Source: Pirellulales bacterium
GTDB taxonomy: Bacteria; Planctomycetota; Planctomycetia; Pirellulales; UBA1268
NCBI GenBank assembly: GCA_032117045.1
Contig: JAUMAF010000032.1
Coordinates: 1-58,797 of the forward strand
Length of the DNA: 58,797 bases
Reading direction: 5' to 3'
Positions within the stretch are counted from its first letter, which is position 1. Every line of letters begins with the position of its first letter. The notes beneath the pieces are model-generated. The model was not told the DNA's origin and ran no database searches. It saw only the letters and a program-made list of their open reading frames with translations. Of the stretch, positions 7,314 to 16,605 are shown piece after piece. Position numbers and translations under genes: made by a program.

Positions 7314-9176
7314 GTGGCCGGGCAGTTTGAGACCGACGACGCGAGCCCGCTCGACGCGCGGATCGCGGAAGTGCTCTCGCGATGGTGGGGCTTCGACACC
7401 CTCCGGCCGCTGCAGGCCGAGGCGATCGCCGCCGCCCTCGACGGCCGCGACTCGCTCGTCGTGATGCCGACCGGCGGTGGCAAGAGCCTCTGCTACCAGC
7501 TGCCTCCCCTGGTTGGCGAATCGACCGACGTCGTCCTCTCACCGCTCGTCGCCCTGATGAAGGATCAGGTCGATGCCCTCGAGGCCATCGGCTACCCTGC
7601 GGCGGCGCTCCACGGCGGCATGTCGCAAGACGAGCGAGGGGGCGTTCGCGATCGGCTGGCCGCAGGTGAACTCCGGCTCCTGTTCGTGGCGCCCGAACGC
7701 CTCGTCAACACCGGCCTGCTTGATCAGCTCGCCCAGGTGGGCGTGAAGCGTTTCGCCATCGACGAGGCCCACTGCATCAGCCACTGGGGCCATGACTTCA
7801 GACCGGAATACCGGCAGCTCGCCCTGCTCCGCGAACGGTTTCCCTCGGCTAGCATCCATGCCTTCACGGCCACCGCCACGCCCCGGGTACGGGACGACAT
7901 CGCGCGGCAGTTGAATCTCCGGGATCCGGCGCGGCTCGTGGGCACCTTCGACCGGCCAAATCTGGTCTACCGGGTGGTGCCGAGAACCGACCGTGTCGCC
8001 CAGACCCTCGCGATCCTCGGCCGTCACAAAGGCGAGGCCTCGATCGTCTACTGCATCTCGCGAAAGGAGACGGAGCGGCTGGCCGAGCGGCTCGCCGCCG
8101 AAGGCATTCTTGCCCGCCCCTACCATGCCGGCCTCGACGCCCGGGAGCGTCACAAGACGCAGGAGGCCTTCGCCCGGGAGACGATCGACGTCGTGGTGGC
8201 CACCGTCGCCTTCGGCATGGGCATCGACCGCTCCGACGTCCGGCTCGTGCTCCACACCTCGCTGCCCAAGAGCCTGGAGGCCTATCAACAGGAAACGGGC
8301 CGTGCCGGCCGGGATGGCCTCGCGGCGGAGTGCGTGCTTCTCTACTCCTCGGCCGACGTCTTCAGCTGGGAATCCCTCGTCCGCAAAAGCGCGGCCGAAT
8401 CAGAACTCGAACCCGACGAGCAGGAGCGACTCATCGCCTCGCAGGCCGAACACCTGCATGCCATGCGCCGCTACGCGCAGGCCGCCCGCTGCCGGCATGC
8501 GGCGCTCTCGGAGTATTTCGGGCAGGCGTATCCCGCCGAGAACTGCGGCGCCTGCGACGTGTGCCTGGGCGAGACGGAGAGCCTGCCCGACGCGACGGTG
8601 ATGGCCCAGAAGATCATTTCCTGCGTGGCCCGCGTGCAGGAGCGCTTCGGCGTGCGGCACGTCTGCGAGGTGCTCCGCGGCGCGAAGACGGACGGCATCG
8701 TGCGGCACGGCCACGACCGGCTCTCCACGTTCGGCCTGCTCCCAACCCTCGATCAGCGGGCGGCGGAAAACCTCGTTCATCAGCTACTCGATCAGGAACT
8801 CCTCTCCCGCACCGCCGGCGACCGTCCTGTCGTGACGCTCAACGAGCGTTCCTGGGAGGTCTTGCGGGGTCAACGATCCGTGGTGCTGCTGGAGCCCCGT
8901 GCAGGCAGGGCGAAGTCCACCAAGGCCGACACCGACGACTGGCAGGGCGTCGATCGCGACCTGTTCGAGCGGCTGCGGAAGTGGCGGCGGCGGATCGCGG
9001 AAGCGCGAGGCAAGCCCGCCTGGACGATCCTCGACGACAAGGCCCTGCGGGCGATCGCGCGCGAGAAGCCTGCCTCACCCGCCGCCCTGCTCCGCTGCAA
9101 GGGCATCGGCGAAAAAAGGCTCGCCGACTTCGGTGCCGAACTGCTCAATCTCGTCGCCGGCCAAGCGGCCGAGTAA
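7314..9176 (+). CDS. recQ: ATP-dependent DNA helicase RecQ
   Basis: GTG 7314 is preceded by GGAAGGAG (7301-7308). Motif I TGGGKSLCYQLP, DEAH box FAIDEAHCISHWGHDFRPEY, Zn-binding cysteines CRHAALSEYFG...CGACDVC, C-terminal HRDC domain (WRRRIAEARGKPAWTILDDKALRAIA..GIGEKRL). The ORF-track start at 6834 runs through IS and repeat debris and is rejected. Confidence 0.95.
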   Translation: MAGQFETDDASPLDARIAEVLSRWWGFDTLRPLQAEAIAAALDGRDSLVVMPTGGGKSLCYQLPPLVGESTDVVLSPLVALMKDQVDALEAIGYPAAALHGGMSQDERGGVRDRLAAGELRLLFVAPERLVNTGLLDQLAQVGVKRFAIDEAHCISHWGHDFRPEYRQLALLRERFPSASIHAFTATATPRVRDDIARQLNLRDPARLVGTFDRPNLVYRVVPRTDRVAQTLAILGRHKGEASIVYCISRKETERLAERLAAEGILARPYHAGLDARERHKTQEAFARETIDVVVATVAFGMGIDRSDVRLVLHTSLPKSLEAYQQETGRAGRDGLAAECVLLYSSADVFSWESLVRKSAAESELEPDEQERLIASQAEHLHAMRRYAQAARCRHAALSEYFGQAYPAENCGACDVCLGETESLPDATVMAQKIISCVARVQERFGVRHVCEVLRGAKTDGIVRHGHDRLSTFGLLPTLDQRAAENLVHQLLDQELLSRTAGDRPVVTLNERSWEVLRGQRSVVLLEPRAGRAKSTKADTDDWQGVDRDLFERLRKWRRRIAEARGKPAWTILDDKALRAIAREKPASPAALLRCKGIGEKRLADFGAELLNLVAGQAAE

Positions 9177-9187
9177 TGCGCGTGTGC

Positions 9188-9213
9188 AAGCCGACCGGCT
9201 GTAGGGCCGCGGG
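9188..9213 (-). repeat. Decayed copy of short hairpin repeat, subfamily R1
   Basis: aagccgaccggctgtagggccgcggg compared with the R1 consensus reverse complement aagccgaccggccgtgaggccgcgg. It lies 12 nt after the recQ stop. Confidence 0.7.
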
Positions 9214-9246
9214 CAAACCGCTCTGAATCCGGGCCCAACCCTGGTG

Positions 9247-9347
9247 CACCCGACGCCTCACGGCGTTGGGCTTGTACCGTTCACCCCACGCCTCACGGCG
9301 TTGGGCTTGTACCGTTCACCCCACGCCTCACGGCGTTGGGCTTGTAC
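9247..9347 (+). repeat. Tandem array (35-bp period, 2.9 copies) of short hairpin repeat subfamily R2
   Basis: Units at 9247-9281, 9282-9316 and 9317-9347: cac-cccacgcc-tcac-ggcgttggg-cttgtaccgtt. Each unit folds as CCC-ACGCC / GGCGU-(U)-GGG with a UCAC loop (GUGA on the other strand). Confidence 0.95.
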
Positions 9348-9436
9348 AGGCGGACGCGTGCAACTCGAGGAGAAGCCGTATGATTTGGGTTGCCGCGACC
9401 GAATCCGTCGGGCTGCCTCCTGGGTCAGGATCACCG

Positions 9437-10510
9437 ATGAACGCACCGACTGCCGCCCTGCACCGCCTCGGCCAGAGCCTCTGGCTCGACAACATCACGC
9501 GGACGATGCTCGACGACGGCACGCTCGCCCGCTACATCGCCGACTTTTCCGTGACCGGCCTCACGAGCAACCCCACGATTTACAACCTGGCCGTGAAGAC
9601 CGGATCGGCCTACGACACCGCGATCACGGCCAAGAAGCGGCAGGGGCTCGGTGGCGAGCGGCTGTTCTTCGACCTGGCGGTCGAGGATCTGACACGGGCG
9701 GCCGATCTCTTCCGACCGGTCTTCGATCGTAGCGGCGGTGTCGATGGCTGGGTGTCGCTCGAGGTCTCGCCGCATCTGGCGTACGACGCGGCGGCCACGC
9801 TCGCCGCGGCCCGCGATCTGTTCGCCAGAGCGGACCGCCCCAATCTGTTCATCAAGATTCCGGGCACGCCCGCCGGCCTGCCGGCGATCGAGGAGGCGAT
9901 CTTCGCCGGCGTGCCGGTGAACGTGACCCTGCTCTTCACGCCGGAGCAGTATCTCGCGGCGGCCGAAGCCTATTGCCGCGGCATCGAGCGACGGCTCGAT
10001 GCGGGGCTTTCGCCCCGAGTCTGCTCCGTCGCCTCGCTGTTCATCAGCCGCTGGGACGCGGCCTCCACGCCCCACCTGCCCGAGCACCTCAAGAACAGGC
10101 TCGGCATCACGATCGGCGAACGGTGCTACAGGGTCTACCGCGATCTGCTCGGCTCCGACCGGGCCCAGCGGCTGGCCAACGGCGGGGCCCTGCCCCAGCG
10201 GTTGCTCTGGGCCAGCACCGGCACCAAGGATCCGGCGCTCAGCGACCACCTCTATATTCGCGCTCTGGCCGCTGCCCATACCGTCAACACGATGCCCGAG
10301 GCCACGCTTCTCGCCTTCGCCGACCACGGCACCCTCAGCGGGACGCTTTCGGCGGGCGGAGGCATGGCGGAGCGGACCCTGTACGAGATCGAGCGGGCTG
10401 GGGTCGACGTCACGACGCTCGGCGACCAACTCCAGTCCCAAGGGGCCGCGGCCTTCGTGAAGAGCTGGGACGACCTCCTCACCGTGATCGAAGCGAAGGC
10501 CCGCGGCTAA
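9437..10510 (+). CDS. tal: Transaldolase (long actinobacterial-type Tal)
   Basis: Begins MNAPTAALHRLGQSLWLDNITR. Contains TGLTSNPTI and the Schiff-base lysine context NLFIKIPGT, plus VNVTLLF. The ORF-track start at 9266 would read through the tandem hairpin array and is rejected. Confidence 0.9.
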   Translation: MNAPTAALHRLGQSLWLDNITRTMLDDGTLARYIADFSVTGLTSNPTIYNLAVKTGSAYDTAITAKKRQGLGGERLFFDLAVEDLTRAADLFRPVFDRSGGVDGWVSLEVSPHLAYDAAATLAAARDLFARADRPNLFIKIPGTPAGLPAIEEAIFAGVPVNVTLLFTPEQYLAAAEAYCRGIERRLDAGLSPRVCSVASLFISRWDAASTPHLPEHLKNRLGITIGERCYRVYRDLLGSDRAQRLANGGALPQRLLWASTGTKDPALSDHLYIRALAAAHTVNTMPEATLLAFADHGTLSGTLSAGGGMAERTLYEIERAGVDVTTLGDQLQSQGAAAFVKSWDDLLTVIEAKARG

Positions 10511-10517
10511 AGAACCG

Positions 10518-10594
10518 CGTCCGGCGACAGGGCACGGGCAGCCCCGAGCCGCGCACCATTCCATCCCGCGGCCTCACGGCCGGTCGGCTTTCAC
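10518..10594 (+). repeat. 3'-terminal partial copy of the long structured element, including an R1 hairpin
   Basis: cgtccggcgacagggcacgggcagccccgagccgcgc...cccgcggcctcacggccggtcggctttcac matches 21485-21560 of the full copy. It lies between the convergent tal and AraC genes. Confidence 0.85.
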
Positions 10595-10627
10595 GAGCCC
10601 GTGTGCCGAACAGGAGCCAGACGGGGC

Positions 10628-11524
10628 TCACCTGGCCCGCAACGTGTCGGAGGGAGACTCGCCAAACTGACGGCGATAACTGCCGGCGAAGCGGCCGAGT
10701 TCCCAGATTCCATGCCGCGTGAGGATCCGCGCAACCGTGTCGGCGGCCGGGTCTCCTTGCCGCAGCGACCGCCGCACCGCGTGGAGCGTTCTCAGTCGCA
10801 GGTAGTGCCGTGGGGCCACGCCGAACGTGTCGTGAAAGACGCGGGACAGCGTTCGCTCATTGACCCCCACCACGTCGGCCAGGCCGGCGATGGAGCGATG
10901 GTTCACGGGATCGGTCTCCAGCGTGTCGAGCACACGACGCACCACCTCTCGGCGATCGATTTTCGGCCTGCCCACCGCCGCCCCGCGCACATCGGGCGGA
11001 GCAAGGCATGCCGTGGCGGCGCTCACCAATCGGGCGGCAGCATCAGCGCGGGAGGTCGCGGAGAGTTCGGCGAAGCCGGCCGCAGTGGCCACCTGAGACA
11101 CGAGGTGCCGTAATCGATGAACACGGAGAGGGTCGGCATGGAGCACATGGCTTCCCGCCCCCTGCGGCATGACGGCGACGCCTTTCGGCAGTGCGATCGA
11201 GCACCAGGCATGGGCCCGCTGCCGCACACGAATGCAGAAATCACCCCCCGACGGTATGACCAGCAGCGAGCCGTCGCCGCAGCTCTCGCCATTCGCCGAC
11301 TGCTGCTGCGGTTCGCCCAGCGGCATCCAGAGAATCGTGCCCACATGGGTGTTACCGCCGTAGCAGAGGTTGCCGCCCCCCTCATGCCCCAGTTGGAGCA
11401 CGACCGTTTCCACCTGTCGCACGGCGAGCTGCCAATTCCGCGTTTCGACCCCATCGCACACCATGCGAAGGTTGGCGCCACGAACGGCATCGGCCCAGGC
11501 GTCGAAGTCGTCAAATGTCATCAT
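10628..11524 (-). CDS. AraC-family transcriptional regulator
   Basis: C-terminal double HTH: IAGLADVVGVNERTLSRVFHDTFGVAPRHYLRLRTLHAVRRSL ... ILTRHGIWELGRFAGSYRRQFGESPSDTL. Divergent from the sulfatase gene. Confidence 0.9.
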   Translation of the reverse strand: MMTFDDFDAWADAVRGANLRMVCDGVETRNWQLAVRQVETVVLQLGHEGGGNLCYGGNTHVGTILWMPLGEPQQQSANGESCGDGSLLVIPSGGDFCIRVRQRAHAWCSIALPKGVAVMPQGAGSHVLHADPLRVHRLRHLVSQVATAAGFAELSATSRADAAARLVSAATACLAPPDVRGAAVGRPKIDRREVVRRVLDTLETDPVNHRSIAGLADVVGVNERTLSRVFHDTFGVAPRHYLRLRTLHAVRRSLRQGDPAADTVARILTRHGIWELGRFAGSYRRQFGESPSDTLRAR

Positions 11525-11853
11525 GATCCGCTGCCACTATTGGAATCGATCCTCAATGGGCGATGGATTCTGTCTGATACCGCATTGCCGAGAAGCCGCC
11601 ACCCATTGATAAAGCCCCGTCATCTTGTCGCAGGCTGTCATGGTGACGCAGGCAGTGGGAACTCTGCAAGGGGTTACCTCGTCCGATACCATGTCGTGCC
11701 TGAGTTCCGGATGGCATCGGCGGCCCGTCGATTGCCGACCCCGCTTCGTTTTTGAACTCGACGCTTCACCGCACCGCGAATCACTCCATCACAGCCCAAT
11801 CACCGTTCTTGTTCCGCATCCATCTTGTTCCCAGACCGTCTGGAGCCTGCCAC

Positions 11854-13407
11854 GTGAACACTCCTCGCCCGCTGTTCGTGATCGCCGTCCTGATGGCCCT
11901 GCTGACGAGCGCCGCCGCCCACCATGCAATCGCGGAATCCGGGCGACCGCCCAATATCCTCGTCATCTGGGGCGATGACATCGGTCAGTTCAACGTCGGG
12001 GCCTACAACCTCGGCATGATGGGCTACAAGACGCCGAACATCGATCGGATCGCTCGTGATGGCTGCCTGTTCACCGATTGGTACGGCCAACAGAGCTGCA
12101 CCGCAGGCCGCGCCGCCTTCATCACCGGCCAATCACCAATCCGGACGGGGCTCACCAAGGTGGGCCTCCCCGGGGCGCCGGAGGGCATGAAGAAGGAGGA
12201 TCCGACCATCGCCACGCTCCTTCGGGCACGAGGCTACATGACCGGCCAGTTCGGGAAAAACCATCTCGGTGACCGTGACGACATGCTGCCCACGGCGCAC
12301 GGCTTCGACGAGTTTTATGGCAATCTGTATCACCTCAATGCGGAGGAAGAGCCGGAGCATCCCGACTACCCGAGAGACCCGGCGTTCAAGAAGAAGTTCG
12401 GACCACGCGGTGTGATTCACAGTTTCGCCGACGGCCGGATCACCGACACCGGCCCGCTCACGAAAAAGCGCATGGAGACGATTGACGAAGAGGTCAACGC
12501 CAAAGCCATCGACTTCATGGAGCGGGCCAAGAAGTCTGACAAGCCGTTCTTCATGTGGTGGAACTCCACCAAGATGCACATCTTCACGCACCTCAAGGAT
12601 GGCATTGCGGGCAAGACCGGCCTCGGCATCTACGCTGACGGCATGGTCGAGCATGACCGCCAGGTCGGCGAGATGCTCGCAAAACTCGCGGAACTGGGGC
12701 TCGACGAGAACACGATCGTGATGTATTCGACCGACAACGGCGCCGAGGCCTTCACCTGGCCCGACGGCGGCAGCACGATGTTTCGCGGCGAGAAGAACAC
12801 GCAGTGGGAGGGGGGCTATCGCGTGCCCTGTGCGATCAAGTGGCCGGGCGTCATCAAGCCCGGCACCGTGGTCAACGACATCGCTGCCCACGAGGACATG
12901 CTCACGACGCTCGTGGCCGCCGCCGGCGATACGACGGCCAAGGAGGATCTGAAGAAGGGCCGTCGAATCGGTGATCGTACCTACAAGGTGCACCTCGATG
13001 GCTACGACCTCGGGCCAGCTCTCCGGGGCCAGGCTGAATGGCCGCGCAAGGAGTTCATCTACTGGACCGACGACGGCAGCGTCGCGGCGCTCCGCTACGG
13101 CAACTGGAAGGCCACGTTCCTCAAGCAGCCGGCCCACGGCATGCACGTCTGGCAGCAGCCGTTCGAGGAACTACGGGCGCCGACGCTCGTCAACCTGCGG
13201 ATGGATCCCTTTGAGCTCGCACAGGATATCGGTATGGACTACCAGCGGTGGTATCTCGAGCACATGTTCATGATCGCGCCGGCCGGGGCTTACGTGGGGC
13301 AGTGGCTGCAGAGTTTTCGGGAGTTTCCACCCCGGCAGAGGCCGGGCAGCTTCAACCTCGACCGCGTGATGGAAGCAGTCACGGCCGGCCAGGGTTCGGG
13401 CCGGTAG
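11854..13407 (+). CDS. Arylsulfatase (formylglycine-dependent type I sulfatase)
   Basis: PNILVIWGDDIG, formylglycine motif QQSCTAGRAAFITGQSP, GKNHLGD, YSTDNGAE. GTG 11854 gives a signal-like VNTPRPLFVIAVLMALLTSAAA. The start is uncertain (ORF open from 11752). Confidence 0.85.
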   Translation: MNTPRPLFVIAVLMALLTSAAAHHAIAESGRPPNILVIWGDDIGQFNVGAYNLGMMGYKTPNIDRIARDGCLFTDWYGQQSCTAGRAAFITGQSPIRTGLTKVGLPGAPEGMKKEDPTIATLLRARGYMTGQFGKNHLGDRDDMLPTAHGFDEFYGNLYHLNAEEEPEHPDYPRDPAFKKKFGPRGVIHSFADGRITDTGPLTKKRMETIDEEVNAKAIDFMERAKKSDKPFFMWWNSTKMHIFTHLKDGIAGKTGLGIYADGMVEHDRQVGEMLAKLAELGLDENTIVMYSTDNGAEAFTWPDGGSTMFRGEKNTQWEGGYRVPCAIKWPGVIKPGTVVNDIAAHEDMLTTLVAAAGDTTAKEDLKKGRRIGDRTYKVHLDGYDLGPALRGQAEWPRKEFIYWTDDGSVAALRYGNWKATFLKQPAHGMHVWQQPFEELRAPTLVNLRMDPFELAQDIGMDYQRWYLEHMFMIAPAGAYVGQWLQSFREFPPRQRPGSFNLDRVMEAVTAGQGSGR

Positions 13408-13423
13408 TCCGAGTGCAGCTGCG

Positions 13424-14140
13424 TCAGCCTTCGCCGAGATAGGCGTCGCGGACGCGACGGTCGGCGGCGAGATCGGAGCCGGTGCCGGAGAGGGTGACCC
13501 GCCCCGTTTCGAGTACATACCCCCGGGTGGCGAGCTTGAGGGCCGCCCGGGCGTTTTGCTCCACGATCATGACGGTGATGCCCCGCGTCGCCAGCGATCC
13601 GATCACGTCGAAGACCTTCGCCACGATCAAGGGGGCGAGCCCCAGTGACGGCTCGTCGAGCAGGAGGAGCTTCGGCCGCCCCACGAGGGCCCGGCCGATC
13701 GCCAGCATCTGCTGCTCACCGCCGGAGAGCGTGCCCCCCGCCTGATCCATCCGCTCCCCGAGCACAGGAAACAGGCCACAGGCCTCGTCGATGTCGGCCC
13801 GCAACCGAACTGGATCCTTCTGCGTGAAGCCACCGAGCTCCAGATTCTCACGCACAGTCAGTCGCGGAAAGATGCGGCGACCTTCGGGCGCCTGGCCGAT
13901 GCCCAGCCGCATGATCTCGTGCGGCGGCAGCCCGGTGAGCGACCTGCCCGCAAAGCGAATCAGGCCGCCCCGGACAGGCACCACGCCCGAGATCGCCATC
14001 AGCAGCGTCGTCTTGCCGGCCCCGTTGGCGCCGATCAGCGCCACGAGCTCTCCCTCGGCGACATCGAGCGACACTCGATCGACCGCCCGGATGGGGCCGT
14101 AGCCCGCCTCGAGATCACGGATTTCCAACAGCGGCGTCAT
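13424..14140 (-). CDS. livF: Branched-chain amino acid ABC transporter ATP-binding protein LivF
   Basis: Walker A GANGAGKTT, signature LSGGEQQMLAIGRAL, Walker B LLLLDEPSLGLAP. Last gene of the liv-like operon. Confidence 0.92.
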   Translation of the reverse strand: MTPLLEIRDLEAGYGPIRAVDRVSLDVAEGELVALIGANGAGKTTLLMAISGVVPVRGGLIRFAGRSLTGLPPHEIMRLGIGQAPEGRRIFPRLTVRENLELGGFTQKDPVRLRADIDEACGLFPVLGERMDQAGGTLSGGEQQMLAIGRALVGRPKLLLLDEPSLGLAPLIVAKVFDVIGSLATRGITVMIVEQNARAALKLATRGYVLETGRVTLSGTGSDLAADRRVRDAYLGEG

Positions 14141-14145
14141 GTCGC

Positions 14146-15495
14146 TCAGCCCTCCCCGCCGAGGTAGGCTTCGATCACCTTCTCGTCGCGCCGCACTTCC
14201 GCGGGCGTGCCCTCGGCGATCTTCACGCCGTGGTCGAGCACGGCCACCCGGTCACTGACCCGCATCACGACGTTCATGTGATGCTCGATGAGCAGCACGG
14301 TGACACCCTTGGCCTTGATCCGCTCAACCAGGGCGGCGAGATCGGCCGTCTCCGCGGGATTCATGCCCGCGGCGGGCTCGTCGAGAAGGATCAGCGTGGC
14401 GCCCGTGGCGAGCGCCCGAGCGATCTCCAACCGCCGCTGATCCCCATACGGCAGCTGGCCCGCGATGCGGTTGGCATCACCCGCGAGACCGACGAAATCG
14501 AGCGCCTCGAGCGCCTTTCCTTGGGCAGCCGACTCGGCCCGCCGATTGGCCGGCGTGCGAAACAGCATCGACGGCACGCCGCCGGGAATGGTCCGGTCGA
14601 GGCCGATGAGGACGTTCTCGAGCACCGTCATGTTGGAAAACAGCCGGATGTTCTGAAACGTGCGGGCGATGCCGGCCTGCGCCACCACGTGAGGCGATCG
14701 GCGGCCCCGCCGCCAGACGGCGATCGTGCCGGCGGTTCCGAGGATCGAGCCGAAGAGCAGGCCTGCGATGCCCCGCCACCGGATCCGCGACTTGCCGGCC
14801 GCGAGGCGATCCAGCACGGCCTCCTTGATCGCGAGCTTCTCAGGGGTCGAGGTCGTCCCGGTCCGCTCCGAATCGGTCGCGTCGGGTATGGTTCCCGGCC
14901 CCGCCCGTCGGGCCGTGACGGCCGCCTGCAACTCGTTCCTGACGGCACGCGCCTCGTCGAGGCTTCGCTTGATTGCCAGTACGTCGGACCCATCGGCACT
15001 GACCACTCGCCACTTGCCCGCCATTTGATCGATGGCGAGTTCGGCCCGAAAGTAGCCGCGGAGCCGCTCGATGGCCCCCGAGGCGGTGAACGGCTCGCCG
15101 GTGATCATCCCGCGTTTCACCACCGCCAGCCAGAGCCGATCGATATCGACCGCGGCCGCGGCAAACAAGAGACCGGTGAGGAGGCCGAGCCCGAGGGCCG
15201 ACCAGAACACCCGTGGGGTGAACGCCCGCTCCAGCCGCCGGCCATGAAACCGCACCGTGCCGTTCGTCGGCTCGTAGATGCCGCTGATGCAGTTGAAGGC
15301 CGTTGTCTTGCCGGCGCCGTTGGGACCGATCACCGACACGACCGATCCCGCCGGCACCTCGAGATCGAACTCCGAGACGGCCACGAGCCCGCCGAACCGG
15401 ATGGTGAGCCGGTCGATGTCGAGCAACGGATGCTCGCCCATCAGCGACGAAGTGTCGCTCGCACCGCTCTGGCTGATGAACTCCGGCCGGCTCAT
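14146..15495 (-). CDS. livG: LivG-type ABC ATP-binding protein carrying a ~180-aa insertion with two hydrophobic helices
   Basis: The ATG at 15495 overlaps the livM stop (ATGA). Walker A GPNGAGKTT, Q-loop ARTFQNIRLF, LPYGDQRRLEIARAL, LILLDEPAAGMNP. The ORF-track start at 15672 lies inside livM and is rejected. Confidence 0.88.
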   Translation of the reverse strand: MSRPEFISQSGASDTSSLMGEHPLLDIDRLTIRFGGLVAVSEFDLEVPAGSVVSVIGPNGAGKTTAFNCISGIYEPTNGTVRFHGRRLERAFTPRVFWSALGLGLLTGLLFAAAAVDIDRLWLAVVKRGMITGEPFTASGAIERLRGYFRAELAIDQMAGKWRVVSADGSDVLAIKRSLDEARAVRNELQAAVTARRAGPGTIPDATDSERTGTTSTPEKLAIKEAVLDRLAAGKSRIRWRGIAGLLFGSILGTAGTIAVWRRGRRSPHVVAQAGIARTFQNIRLFSNMTVLENVLIGLDRTIPGGVPSMLFRTPANRRAESAAQGKALEALDFVGLAGDANRIAGQLPYGDQRRLEIARALATGATLILLDEPAAGMNPAETADLAALVERIKAKGVTVLLIEHHMNVVMRVSDRVAVLDHGVKIAEGTPAEVRRDEKVIEAYLGGEG

Positions 15496-16601
15496 GGATG
15501 GCCCTCGTGGAGTTCGGCGGCCAGCCGCCGCGAAGGCACCAGCCCTTCGGGACGGTATCGCATCACGAGCACGAGCGCCACGCCGAAGATCGCCAGCCGC
15601 CAGCCACTGAAGGAGAGCAGACTCGATCCGGTGGGATTGATGTTCCACTGCTGGATCGCGGAATCCGCCCATGGGGCCAGGACGGTATCGAAGCCGACAA
15701 GGAGCGCTACGCCGAGCAGCGTGCCCGGAATGCTTCCCAGGCCGCCGAGGATCACGGCACAGAGCACCATGATCGAGCGGTTGAAGTCGTAGGCGTTGGG
15801 ATCGGCCGTGGTCGACAGGCTCGCCGCGTAGAGGCAGCCAGCCAGCCCGGCCACGGCCGATGACATGGCAAACGCGGAGAGTTTGACGCGCGTCGCCGAG
15901 ATGCCCATCGCTGAGGCGGCAAGCTCATCTTCGCGAACAGCCACCCAGGCGCGGCCCAGCCGGGAATTCTCGAGTCGCCGCATGGCCACGACCACGGCGG
16001 CCAGCGCCATCAGCGCCAGATAGTAAAACCACCGGGGGTCGATCGCGAAGGCGAGGCCGAGATCGGTGCCCCAGACCTTCACGCCGGCTCCTGGCGGGGG
16101 CACTGGGTTGAGCCCCTTCATGCCCCCCGTGATCTGCTCGAGATTCCGCAGCGTCACCTTGACGACCTCGCCGAAACCGAGCGTGACGATTGCAAGGTAG
16201 TCGCCCCGCAGCCGCAGCGTCGGCGCCCCCAGGGCGAGTCCGATGCCGGCCGTGCCGAGCACGGCCACGGCCGCCGCCGTCACGAACCGCATCTGAAACG
16301 GATACATCGGCACCGTCAGGATCGCGAACAGGTACGCGCCGATGCCAAAGAACGCGGCGATTCCCAGGTGCACGAGGCCGGTGTAGCCGACCATCACGTT
16401 GAGGCCGAGCGCCAGAATGCAGTAGATGAAGAGGGTGGTCACCTGACCGCCGAGCGCTCCCCCGAGGGCCGGCACGACGAGCGGCGCCACCGCCAGCACG
16501 ACGAGCGCGACGAGATCCCAGCGTTCGCGGAGAAACGCCAGGACCCGGCCACGAAGCGGCGCAGCCCCCGTCACGTCGTGCGTTTTCGGATCGTGCGTCA
16601 T
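15492..16601 (-). CDS. livM: Branched-chain amino acid ABC transporter permease LivM
   Basis: Polytopic membrane protein. The conserved GYTGLVHLGIAAFFGIGAY block is typical of LivM. Position in the operon is consistent. Confidence 0.88.
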   Translation of the reverse strand: MTHDPKTHDVTGAAPLRGRVLAFLRERWDLVALVVLAVAPLVVPALGGALGGQVTTLFIYCILALGLNVMVGYTGLVHLGIAAFFGIGAYLFAILTVPMYPFQMRFVTAAAVAVLGTAGIGLALGAPTLRLRGDYLAIVTLGFGEVVKVTLRNLEQITGGMKGLNPVPPPGAGVKVWGTDLGLAFAIDPRWFYYLALMALAAVVVAMRRLENSRLGRAWVAVREDELAASAMGISATRVKLSAFAMSSAVAGLAGCLYAASLSTTADPNAYDFNRSIMVLCAVILGGLGSIPGTLLGVALLVGFDTVLAPWADSAIQQWNINPTGSSLLSFSGWRLAIFGVALVLVMRYRPEGLVPSRRLAAELHEGHP

Positions 16602-16605
16602 CGTG

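Noticed and set aside
9247-9347. Possible CRISPR arrays: the 35-bp x3 array here and the 61-bp x2 array at 4529-4650.
   Set aside because: The repeats are directly abutting with no unique spacers between them. No cas genes are in the window.
13408-13423. Possible bidirectional terminator between the convergent sulfatase and livF genes (gcagctgc palindrome).
   Set aside because: The gap is only 16 nt with a 4-bp-arm palindrome, too short to call.
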